This document shows positions 56,344 to 64,000 of a stretch of 64,000 bases of DNA, in pieces. Positions within the stretch are counted from its first letter, which is position 1. The number at the start of each line of letters is the position of its first letter. The stretch comes from a candidate division FCPU426 bacterium (GTDB taxonomy: Bacteria > Oederibacteriota > Muellerivitia > Muellerivitales > Muellerivitaceae): positions 6,445 through 70,444 of the forward strand of contig CAVTWJ010000013.1 in NCBI GenBank assembly GCA_963738405.1, in the 5' to 3' direction. The notes below the pieces were generated by a model. It worked only from the letters and a program-made list of their open reading frames with translations, was not told the origin of the DNA and did not search any database. The position numbers and the translations under genes are program-made.

Positions 56344-57857
56344 CCCCCATGGAACATTTTGTCATCCTCACCAACGGATCCTCCGTGGACTATGGGCGGA
56401 TTCCCTCACTGGAGTTCGACGATTTCAGGCAATGCATGCGCCACGGCGTAGAGAAGGGTTTTCGTGTGGTTTCCTTTTTCGGGGCATTCCCTGAGGAAGG
56501 GGAGGGAGTGGACCTGATGGCGGTATTCGCCGACGATCCTAACAACCGCCTCCTAGTATTTAAGACCCGCGTTCGGGAAGGAAGTTACCCGTCGCTCACA
56601 CCCGATTGTCCCCAATTGCACCTCTTTGAAAGGGAAATATTCGAGCAGTTCGGGCTTACCCCTAAGGGACATCCCTGGTTGAAGCCTGTCCGGTTTTCCC
56701 GTTCGGGTTGGAATCCAAAAAATCCCGAAGGGATTCCGCCAATTGGTCTGATGGACTTTTACCAGGTCAAGGGAGACGAGGTGCACGAGGTGTCGGTGGG
56801 GCCGGTCCATGCGGGCGTGATCGAGCCCGGCCATTTCCGTTTCCAATGCCACGGTGAAGAGGTTTTTCACCTGGAGATATCGCTTGGGTACCAGCACCGG
56901 GGAGTTGAGGAAGCCCTGATTGCGGGGCCCCGCAAGGATTCCTTTTACCAAATGGAGGCGGCCTCGGGGGACTCTACCATCGCCCATGCCTGGGCCTATT
57001 GCCAAAACCTGGAAAGCTTGAGGGGCGCCAAGATCACCGCCCACGACTGGATGGTGAGGGCCATCGCCCTGGAACTGGAACGCCTAGCCAACCATACGGG
57101 GGACCTGGGCGCCCTGGCGGGGGATGTGGGGTTTCTTCCCACCGCATCCTATTGCGGAAGGATTCGGGGGGATTTCCTCAACATGACCGCCGCCTTATGC
57201 GGAAGCCGGTTTGGACGAAGCCTGCTGAAGGTGGGGGGCAACCGCTTTCAGTTGGATATTCCCCAAGCAGGCGGCCTGTTGAAAAGATTGGCCGAAGCGG
57301 AAAGGGATGTCACTCAAGCGGTGGATCTCCTGTGGGAATCGGCCTCGGTGGTGGATCGGTTTGACGATACGGGCGCCGTCAGTCAGGACCAGGCCAGGGA
57401 ATTGGGGTGGGTGGGCCCCACCGCCCGAGCCTGCGGCGTGGAAACGGACGTGAGGTTCAATCACCCCTTTGGCCCCTACCGGTTCGTGGTGGTTCCGGTT
57501 TCCACGGCCCATGCCGGGGACGTGCATTCCCGGGCCTTTGTTCGCTGGCTGGAGATCAAGAGGTCCATCCAGTTCGTCAGGGAAAGATTGATGAACCTGC
57601 CTTCCCCCGAAAAGGAAAAACCGGCTGGGCCCGTAGCGGCTGGCCGCTTGGCAGTTTCAATGACCGAGGGCTGGAGGGGGGAAGTCTGCCATGTGGCCTT
57701 GACGGGGAAGGACGGACAGTTCATCCGCTACAAGATCACCGACCCTTCCTTCCACAACTGGAGCGCTCTCGCCCTTTCCATGCGCAACCAGGCAATTTCC
57801 GATTTCCCCGTTTGCAACAAGAGTTTCAACCTTTCTTATTGCGGGCACGACCTATGA
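56340..57857 (+). CDS. HycE/HyfG-like NuoC-NuoD fusion large subunit lacking the Ni-Fe ligand cysteines (Ehr-type)
   Basis: ATGA overlap at 56340-56343. Conserved GPVHAGVIEPGHFRF and LGYQHRG. SGDSTIAH sits where RxCGxCxxxH is expected, and SFNLSYCGHDL where DPCxxCxxR is expected. No CxxC occurs anywhere in the protein. Confidence 0.85.
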   Translation: MTPMEHFVILTNGSSVDYGRIPSLEFDDFRQCMRHGVEKGFRVVSFFGAFPEEGEGVDLMAVFADDPNNRLLVFKTRVREGSYPSLTPDCPQLHLFEREIFEQFGLTPKGHPWLKPVRFSRSGWNPKNPEGIPPIGLMDFYQVKGDEVHEVSVGPVHAGVIEPGHFRFQCHGEEVFHLEISLGYQHRGVEEALIAGPRKDSFYQMEAASGDSTIAHAWAYCQNLESLRGAKITAHDWMVRAIALELERLANHTGDLGALAGDVGFLPTASYCGRIRGDFLNMTAALCGSRFGRSLLKVGGNRFQLDIPQAGGLLKRLAEAERDVTQAVDLLWESASVVDRFDDTGAVSQDQARELGWVGPTARACGVETDVRFNHPFGPYRFVVVPVSTAHAGDVHSRAFVRWLEIKRSIQFVRERLMNLPSPEKEKPAGPVAAGRLAVSMTEGWRGEVCHVALTGKDGQFIRYKITDPSFHNWSALALSMRNQAISDFPVCNKSFNLSYCGHDL

Positions 57858-57878
57858 GGCCCTTCATGGAGGCGAGAA

Positions 57879-58658
57879 ATGTATAGGATCTTGAAGGCCA
57901 GATTCCAGCAGGGCCACCGGACGATTGAATTTCCCAAAGGTCCGTCCCCCTCCATGCCGGACCACTTCCGGGGGCTCCCGGTTATTGATACGGCCCAATG
58001 CCCGCAAGGGTGCCGGGAATGCGTGGAGGCCTGCCCGGTGGATGCCATTTCGATGAAGGGCGAGAAACCTCAAATCGACCTGGGGCGATGCCTTTTTTGC
58101 ACCGACTGCATGGAAGCCTGCCCGCAAGGGGCGATTGAATATGGCGGGGATTACCGACTGGCTTCCCGCACCAGGGAAGGCCTGAAGGTCGCCCCGAATA
58201 TGGAAATAAAGTTGGCGCAGGCACTGGACGAGAAACTTCTCCGTCTCTTCGGCCGTTCACTCAAATTAAGGCAGGTTTCCGCCGGAGGCTGCAACGCTTG
58301 CGAGGCGGATGTGAACGTGTTGGGCACGGTAGGTTGGGACCTAGGACGATTCGGAATCCAGATGGTGGCCTCGCCCCGGCACGCGGACGGGCTCCTGGTC
58401 ACCGGCTGCGTCACCGAAAACATGAAGGTGGCGCTGGAAAAAACCTATGCGGCGGTCGCGCCTCCCAAAATCGTCATTGCGGTGGGGGCTTGTGCTATTT
58501 CAGGAGGGCCTTTTCTAAAAAATTCCCAGCAGTTGGGAGGCGCGGGATCCACGGTGCCGGTAGATCTTTACATACCAGGGTGTCCGCCCCATCCCTTGAC
58601 GATTTTAGACGGTTTATTAAGGCTTTTGGGCCGGTTGGAAGGCCGTAAGGGCCCATAG
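57879..58658 (+). CDS. Fusion of a 2x[4Fe-4S] ferredoxin (HycF/HyfH/NuoI-like) with the NuoB/HycG-like small subunit
   Basis: CPQGCRECVEACP and CLFCTDCMEACP, then GGCNACE, GACAISGG and PGCPPHP (the four Cys of the proximal cluster). Confidence 0.85.
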   Translation: MYRILKARFQQGHRTIEFPKGPSPSMPDHFRGLPVIDTAQCPQGCRECVEACPVDAISMKGEKPQIDLGRCLFCTDCMEACPQGAIEYGGDYRLASRTREGLKVAPNMEIKLAQALDEKLLRLFGRSLKLRQVSAGGCNACEADVNVLGTVGWDLGRFGIQMVASPRHADGLLVTGCVTENMKVALEKTYAAVAPPKIVIAVGACAISGGPFLKNSQQLGGAGSTVPVDLYIPGCPPHPLTILDGLLRLLGRLEGRKGP

Positions 58659-58798
58659 ATCAATTCCTGAAGGCTTGTTTTGATTCTTTTTCCAAGGTTT
58701 CTTCCCACTTCAAATGGCCGAGAAGGTTGATAAAATCGGTAAGGAAAATTTCAAACCTTCCCTGGCCAAAGCGCTGAAAGAATTGAAATAGTCGTTTA

Positions 58799-59743
58799 AT
58801 GAAGGTTTATGAAGGGGAGACTCGTATGAACTTTAAAGTGATAGTCCTGTTTTTACTTACCATCGCCCTTGGTTTCGCGGCGGGGTTGGTGCCTTCCGAC
58901 ATCGTGGGGGGCGAAAGTTATATCGATGGTTTGATCCCCGCCAAGGGGGCCTGTCTGGGGCTCATGATCGGCCTCCTCATTTTTATCCTGGGTCGCATCC
59001 TCTCCGTTGGGTTTTACGGCAAGACCCTGAAGGCCCTATTGCTCGCTTCAGGCATCGCCTTTCTTGGGTGTTATTTTGGAAATTTTGTTCGGGATGGGTC
59101 CGAGACCCTTCAAATTACCACCGCGCAGTTTCTGCAGCTGGAAGCCTGCCCGAGGGGCCTAGCCGCCTTTATGGATTATATGGGGGACGACCTGAAAGAA
59201 ATCGACCTTCAGGACGATATCACGAAAAAACCCAGCAGTTCCTTCGGGCCTGTCATGACGAAGATTCTTTTTATCGTCGATCTGTTTCTATGCGTCTGTT
59301 TCTTTTTCCTGGTCGTGTTTTTTTTCTTCGTGAATTTCTCCTATTGCCGAACCTGCCTGCGGTACAAGAAAAAATCCGGGTCCACGGTTCTTTATTTTCC
59401 CCAGGACAACAGCGACACCTTTTCCGTTTTTTTGGGAAACGTGGGCGGATTGATCCAGGGAGGGGACTATTCCAAAACCGTGGCGTTTCTTCTCGACGCG
59501 AAGCGGGGGCAGGATGTTGTTTTTACGCCTGATTTCGTGAAAAGCAAAGAAATGAAACGAACCGCCCATTTCAAAGTGACCCTGACCGAAACCCGTTGTC
59601 CGGTCTGCCAAGAATCGACCCTCAAGGGAGATGTGCAATCACAGGACTCGGCTGGAAATTTGTCCGCCATTACCCATTTGAACTTCAGCCTCACCTCCAA
59701 GCCCCACGAAAACCCCATAGCCTTGAGTGCGTTAGCTGTTTAA
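58799..59743 (+). CDS. Hypothetical membrane protein with a cytoplasmic Cys4 (CRTC...CPVC) domain
   Basis: Four or five hydrophobic helices, including a Phe-rich FLCVCFFFLVVFFFFVNF. The start is uncertain (alternative ATG 58826). Confidence 0.5.
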   Translation: MKVYEGETRMNFKVIVLFLLTIALGFAAGLVPSDIVGGESYIDGLIPAKGACLGLMIGLLIFILGRILSVGFYGKTLKALLLASGIAFLGCYFGNFVRDGSETLQITTAQFLQLEACPRGLAAFMDYMGDDLKEIDLQDDITKKPSSSFGPVMTKILFIVDLFLCVCFFFLVVFFFFVNFSYCRTCLRYKKKSGSTVLYFPQDNSDTFSVFLGNVGGLIQGGDYSKTVAFLLDAKRGQDVVFTPDFVKSKEMKRTAHFKVTLTETRCPVCQESTLKGDVQSQDSAGNLSAITHLNFSLTSKPHENPIALSALAV

Positions 59744-59765
59744 ATTTCGATTAAGGAAAAGAGAT

Positions 59766-61124
59766 ATGGCCCAACCGCAAAACAAAAAAACGGCAGCCGA
59801 AACTAAACCAGACCCCTTCGTGGGCCGTAGGGGCCCTGTTCATTTTATGCCCCGTAAAACCCTAGTTCTTTTTCTTACGGCGGGATTTTTGGTTCTGGTT
59901 GGGGTCATGTGGCTTTGCACCCTGCTTCATCCCCTCCCGCCCCGTACCCTCACCCTGGCCACCGGGCCGGAAGGAAGCTCTTACGCTTGGTGGGGAAAGC
60001 GCTACAAGATCCTTTTGGCAAAACAGGGAATCGATTTGGTTTTGAAAAACACCAACGGCGGGGTTGAAAATCTTAACCTTTTGCGCGACCCGAATTCGGG
60101 CGTGCAGGCGGGCTTTGTGGAAGGTGGCGTGGCCACGGAGGATGACTCGGCCGCCTTGGATTCCCTGGGCACCCTGGGATATGAGCCGGTTTGGATCTTT
60201 TCGCATAAAGTTGGATCGGACCGCATCCTCTTCGCCCTCCGGGGCAAGAAGGTGGCCCTGGGGCCCGAGGGCAGCGATTCCCGGGCATTGGTGGAAGAAC
60301 TGCTCAAGCGCAATACCTTGGATATCAACGCCTACAATGCCGCGAACCTGGAGCCGGAAGACGCCGCCAATGCCCTGGTGGCTGGTAAGGTCGACGCGGC
60401 CATCCTCATGCTCAATTGGGGTTCACCTATCATTCGCAAACTCATCACTTCGCCGGGAATCGACCTGGCGAATTTCGACAGGGCCGACGCCTATGTGGCG
60501 CTGTTTCCTTCGTTGTACAAGCGGGTGGTGCCCATGGGAGTGGCGGATCTGGAACATAACCGACCTCCAAAGGACACGACCCTTTTAGCCACCAAGACCA
60601 GCCTGATCATACGGGAGGGTCTGCACCCGGCCCTGCAATACCTGTTGTTGGAAGCGGCCTCCCAGATCCACTCGCACGCGGGCATCTTTCAGAAGGCTGG
60701 GGAGTTTCCGGCGCCCGAGGCTTTGGAGATCGACTTGAGCCCCGACGCGAGGCATTTTTACAAATCGGGAAGACCGTTCCTTCAGCGCTATATGCCCTTT
60801 TGGCTCGCGGCCCTGGCGGAGCAGGTGCTGGTGCTTTTGCTTCCCCTGGTGGGATTGCTCTATCCACTTGGCCGGGGCCTAGCCTCCCTTTATGGCTGGG
60901 GTATGCAAAGAAAGATTTACCTCATCTACGGCGAGCTTCATTTCCTCGAGAGGGATATCCACCAGATGGGAAACAAGCCTCCGACCGAGGATGTCTTGAC
61001 CCGTTTGAAGAGCCTGGAGGAGCGGGCCAATCGGGTTCGGGTATCGCAAAACTATATCCCGATGCTTTACAGCCTGAAGGAAAATATCTCCTACGTCCGC
61101 GCCCGGCTTTCCAAGCGGAGTTGA
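59766..61124 (+). CDS. TAXI-family (TRAP-associated) solute-binding protein with N- and C-terminal membrane segments
   Basis: LTLATGPEGSSYAWWGKRYKILLAKQGIDLVLKNTNGGVENLNLL...VQAGFVEGG, and C-terminal TM WLAALAEQVLVLLLPLVGLLYPL plus a coiled tail. Confidence 0.7.
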   Translation: MAQPQNKKTAAETKPDPFVGRRGPVHFMPRKTLVLFLTAGFLVLVGVMWLCTLLHPLPPRTLTLATGPEGSSYAWWGKRYKILLAKQGIDLVLKNTNGGVENLNLLRDPNSGVQAGFVEGGVATEDDSAALDSLGTLGYEPVWIFSHKVGSDRILFALRGKKVALGPEGSDSRALVEELLKRNTLDINAYNAANLEPEDAANALVAGKVDAAILMLNWGSPIIRKLITSPGIDLANFDRADAYVALFPSLYKRVVPMGVADLEHNRPPKDTTLLATKTSLIIREGLHPALQYLLLEAASQIHSHAGIFQKAGEFPAPEALEIDLSPDARHFYKSGRPFLQRYMPFWLAALAEQVLVLLLPLVGLLYPLGRGLASLYGWGMQRKIYLIYGELHFLERDIHQMGNKPPTEDVLTRLKSLEERANRVRVSQNYIPMLYSLKENISYVRARLSKRS

Positions 61125-61343
61125 AAAGTTTAGGGGGACTAAGCGCTGTAAACTCGAAAACAAAAATGTAGATATAAACTTTTTCGATAGATATACCTCT
61201 TTGCTCCTCACCTAAAAACCTCAATTTGCCTTTGATTTGATCAATCCCAACCTGCCTCATTTGGCATGGAGGTTGCCCGTTTACCTATAAGCGACAACTC
61301 AGCTCGATTGAGGGTAATCGCGGGATGGCCCTTGAGGAGAAGC

Positions 61344-62375
61344 ATGATTCCCCCTCCCAGACCCTTTGATGAATCCAACCGGCGCGATGAACTGCTGGAA
61401 TTAAACCTGCTGGATACCCCTGCCCAGGAAAGCTTTGACCGGATCACCCGCCTCGCGGTCCGCCTTTTTCAGGTTCCCATCGTCCTGGTGACTTTGGTCG
61501 ATAAAGACCGGGTTTGGTTCAAGTCGGCCCTTGGTACGGATCTTTTAGAGGTGCCCCGGGAAATTTCCTTTTGCGGCCACGCCATTCTTAACCACGAAGC
61601 CCTGATTTTGCCGGATGCCTTGGAAGATGAGCGCTTCCGGGACAATCCCTTGGTGACCGCCAACCCGCCCATCCGTTTTTACGCCGGACATCCCCTTTCG
61701 GGGCCCAAGGGACGCCGGGTTGGCGCCCTTTGCCTGATAGACCACCAGCCAAGAGAATTCGGCCCTGAAAACCTCTCGTCCCTTAAGGACCTGGCCGCGC
61801 TGGTGGAGACCCAGCTGGGGGTGTCCCGCGTGAGCCAGTCCCAAAGGCGCCTGCTCAGGGAGCGGGACCAGCTTTTCAGCATGGCCCGGATGGATTCCCT
61901 CACCGGCCTTTGGAATAGGGGGGCGGTGCTTGAGTTTTTTCAACAGGAATGGGAAAACGCCATTGAGCAGACGGTTCCCTTAAGCCTGATCCTCGCCGAT
62001 ATGGACCATTTCAAGCGAATCAACGACACCTACGGACATCTCAGCGGAGACCAGGTATTAAAAGAGTCCGCGGCCCGAATCCAATCCTGCCTGAGAGATA
62101 CGGACCTGGCCGGAAGGTACGGCGGTGAGGAATTTATGCTCATCCTGCCAGGGGTGGGGGCCTCTAAGGCCTGGGAAATCGCCGAAAGGATTCGGCGGCG
62201 GATTTGCGAGGAGCCTTTTGAGCTTCTCAGCGGAAGCCATACCTTCACGATCAGCCTGGGGTGCGGCACCCTGACCGGGGGGCTCAGCCTGGACCCCTTT
62301 TTCAACCAGGTGGATCAAGCCTTGTACCAGGCCAAGAACGGCGGACGAAACCGCACCTGCCGGGCCCCTGAGTGA
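61344..62375 (+). CDS. GAF-GGDEF diguanylate cyclase
   Basis: GAGGAGA SD plus ATG 61344. GAF signature DESNRRDELLELNLLDTPAQESFDRITRLA...VDKDRVWFKS, an I-site RDTD, and the active site GGEEF. Confidence 0.9.
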   Translation: MIPPPRPFDESNRRDELLELNLLDTPAQESFDRITRLAVRLFQVPIVLVTLVDKDRVWFKSALGTDLLEVPREISFCGHAILNHEALILPDALEDERFRDNPLVTANPPIRFYAGHPLSGPKGRRVGALCLIDHQPREFGPENLSSLKDLAALVETQLGVSRVSQSQRRLLRERDQLFSMARMDSLTGLWNRGAVLEFFQQEWENAIEQTVPLSLILADMDHFKRINDTYGHLSGDQVLKESAARIQSCLRDTDLAGRYGGEEFMLILPGVGASKAWEIAERIRRRICEEPFELLSGSHTFTISLGCGTLTGGLSLDPFFNQVDQALYQAKNGGRNRTCRAPE

Positions 62376-62462
62376 CTAGGAATACCCCGCCGAACCCTTT
62401 AAACCCTGAAAATAAAGCCTTCAAACATTGTGATTAACCGTCCCGGGTGCCAGGATGGGCCC

Positions 62463-62666
62463 ATGAAAACAACCGTCCACATTGATAAAAGTTTGTTGAA
62501 CCAGGCGGCCCGGCTGACGGGAATCGAAGAAAGAGCGGCCCTGATCCGCATGGCTTTGGAAGCCTTGATTAGGCAAGAAACAGCTCGAATCGCGGTATCC
62601 GATGGAAGCGACCCGCTTGCCGTCCCCGCCCCGCGAAAAGGTTATCTGCCGCGAAAAAGAAAATAA
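62463..62666 (+). CDS. VapB-type (DUF2191-like) antitoxin, orphan
   Basis: MKTTVHIDKSLLNQAARLTGIEERAALIRMALEALIRQE... No toxin ORF follows. Confidence 0.6.
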   Translation: MKTTVHIDKSLLNQAARLTGIEERAALIRMALEALIRQETARIAVSDGSDPLAVPAPRKGYLPRKRK

Positions 62667-63035
62667 AACTTAAAATTCAAATGTTGCGATTTTAAGAAAC
62701 ACCGGCAATTTTTTTCCTTTCGGCCTCTTTTTATGAAAAGGTTTTCCCTTCGATATTGGGCCTCATCTCCTGGAATTTTTAAAAAAAATGTCTTTTGTGA
62801 AATCCGCCTAAATAAATATTTTATCGGATGTACAAATCTAGGCTCTCTTGCGCGCTTCTTGAAGAAAACCCAATAAAAACACTCTTAAAACAAGTTTTCA
62901 GCTTTTTGAAAACGGATGTACGTAACTGGACGGAAAAAAATAGACCCCCCGTGAAATTTAAGTTACAAGTTGTGAAGATATAAGTGACGAAAGCGCGGGG
63001 TGTTAAACGCGAAAAGTTAGGATGGATGATGGGGG

Positions 63036-63296
63036 ATGATGGGGATGGTTGAGCCAAAGAAGCAAAACGGCGGAAGAAAAATTACGGACGGCGAAATGAG
63101 CGGCGCAAAAAAACGGGGAAGAAAACCGATGGGAGGATTAAGAATTATCCTCCGGTTGACTCCCCAGCAGGTTCTGGTGCTGGGTGAAAAACACAAGGAG
63201 ACGGGCCTGAGCCGGACGGATCTGATCCGGCGGGCCATTGACGCTTATTATTTTACGAAGCGCCGCGAATCAGACTGGAATGAAAAGAACGCCTAG
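63036..63296 (+). CDS. Ribbon-helix-helix (CopG/Arc-like) DNA-binding protein with a basic N-terminal tail
   Basis: LRIILRLTPQQVLVLGEKHKETGLSRTDLIRRAIDAYY. Confidence 0.5.
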   Translation: MMGMVEPKKQNGGRKITDGEMSGAKKRGRKPMGGLRIILRLTPQQVLVLGEKHKETGLSRTDLIRRAIDAYYFTKRRESDWNEKNA

Positions 63297-63432
63297 AAGA
63301 AGCTGACCGCATGAAAATCCTTGGTGGAGAGGTATCCGGAAGTGCGTCACCCTTCAATGCCTTGGCGTTCCGTGATGAATTCCGAAACTGGCAACCGCCT
63401 TCGTGAAATTAACATGGAAGTTACCTTGCGAC

Positions 63433-64000
63433 ATGGATGAAATCCCCCTGCGCGAGGGTGTGCCTCGAATTTACCCCATCGATCCCAATCCCACGCCTTA
63501 CGATCTCCCTGTCGTTAAGGCCGAGGAATATAAGATTTACCAATTGATGGAGCCCTTTAAACCCGGGCAACTCTATGAATTTGGATTATTCACTCCCAAA
63601 AAATTCGCCTATCCCTGCCCCTTTTGCCTGGAGCCGGTTCCCCCCTCGACCATGGACCCCGCCAAGCATTACTGGCTTTGCGCCGTCTGCCGGCATTTGA
63701 TTTTGGACCATTTGTTGACCTTCCCAAGGAACCGGTACGGCCGCAAAGAGGAAATGGCGCTTCTTTGCTTGGAGGCTATTTTTATCCGCAATTGGAACTC
63801 CATTATTTCAGGAAAAAAAGCCAAAGGACCTAAAGTGCAAGCGGCCAGAGCGGAAGAAGCCCTTTCTGAAGCCGTGGCCCTTTTGCTGGAAAACCAGTCC
63901 ATGTTCGTGGAAAGGCCGGGCGATGTTGAAAAGGAAGTCCTCGACTTTCTGGAAGCGCCTCCGCCGAGGTATGGGGTTTTGGCCCAAGAACTTCGCAAGG
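63433..64000 (+). CDS. Hypothetical zinc-ribbon protein, 3'-partial (runs off the window, absent from the ORF track)
   Basis: I translated from ATG 63433: MDEIPLREGVPRIYPIDPNPTPYDL...YPCPFCLEP...HYWLCAVCRHLILDH...VLAQELRK. No stop occurs before 64000. Confidence 0.45.
   Translation, partial: MDEIPLREGVPRIYPIDPNPTPYDLPVVKAEEYKIYQLMEPFKPGQLYEFGLFTPKKFAYPCPFCLEPVPPSTMDPAKHYWLCAVCRHLILDHLLTFPRNRYGRKEEMALLCLEAIFIRNWNSIISGKKAKGPKVQAARAEEALSEAVALLLENQSMFVERPGDVEKEVLDFLEAPPPRYGVLAQELRK

Overview
The window is 64 kb of a moderately GC-rich bacterial genome. I cannot identify the organism from sequence alone. The gene content looks like an uncultivated, diderm, non-proteobacterial lineage.

Layout, in order:
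(1) 1-9400 is an accessory, mobile-element-scarred region. It holds a 5'-partial Thr/Pro-repeat surface protein, a PilZ protein, a lipoprotein gene apparently cut by a DDE transposase gene, a TPR protein, and a BNR-repeat gene remnant abutting a complete IS3-family element with 12-bp terminal inverted repeats. It also holds a PIN-toxin cassette bracketed by 90-bp direct repeats exactly 1000 bp apart, a DUF1858-rhodanese gene, tRNA-Arg(TCG) followed by several tRNA-3'-end-like copies, and a MazEF-type toxin-antitoxin pair.
(2) 9.5-12.3 kb holds a TPR/beta-barrel protein and two unknown membrane proteins.
(3) 12.3-18.9 kb is a compact chemosensory operon: CheX-like, CheA, CheW, MCP, CheY, double-REC. 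No CheB or CheR is present, and a second, degenerate CheX-like gene is transcribed divergently.
(4) 18.9-33 kb holds a Trp-rich secreted protein, housekeeping-type genes (OYE reductase, GT-C-like membrane protein, ABC solute-binding protein, DsbD-N/thioredoxin pair, OtsB, quinone reductase), another PT-linker surface protein and a second TPR/beta-barrel paralog.
(5) 33.4-45.8 kb is a locus of PT-linker cargo, a PorV-like barrel-TPR fusion, a histidine kinase with an OmpR-type regulator, a 1216-aa adhesin-like protein with about 1 kb of pure PT repeat, and an M16 peptidase pair. It ends at tRNA-Glu(CTC).
(6) 46-48 kb is a membrane/TPR gene split by a (TA)4 slippage.
(7) 48.1-58.7 kb runs ArsR, then HTH-PTS-EIIA, then a Hyf/Hyc-type (group 4 hydrogenase-like) membrane complex. 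Its large subunit has no CxxC Ni-Fe ligand motifs, which is the pattern of Ehr-type hydrogenase-related complexes. One antiporter subunit is interrupted at a G10 run.
(8) 58.8-64 kb holds a membrane Cys4 protein, a TAXI-type binding protein, a GAF-GGDEF cyclase, an orphan VapB-like antitoxin, an RHH protein and an open-ended zinc-ribbon ORF.

No CRISPR array or rRNA is visible. All functional calls come from motifs read by eye in the supplied translations. No database search was run.
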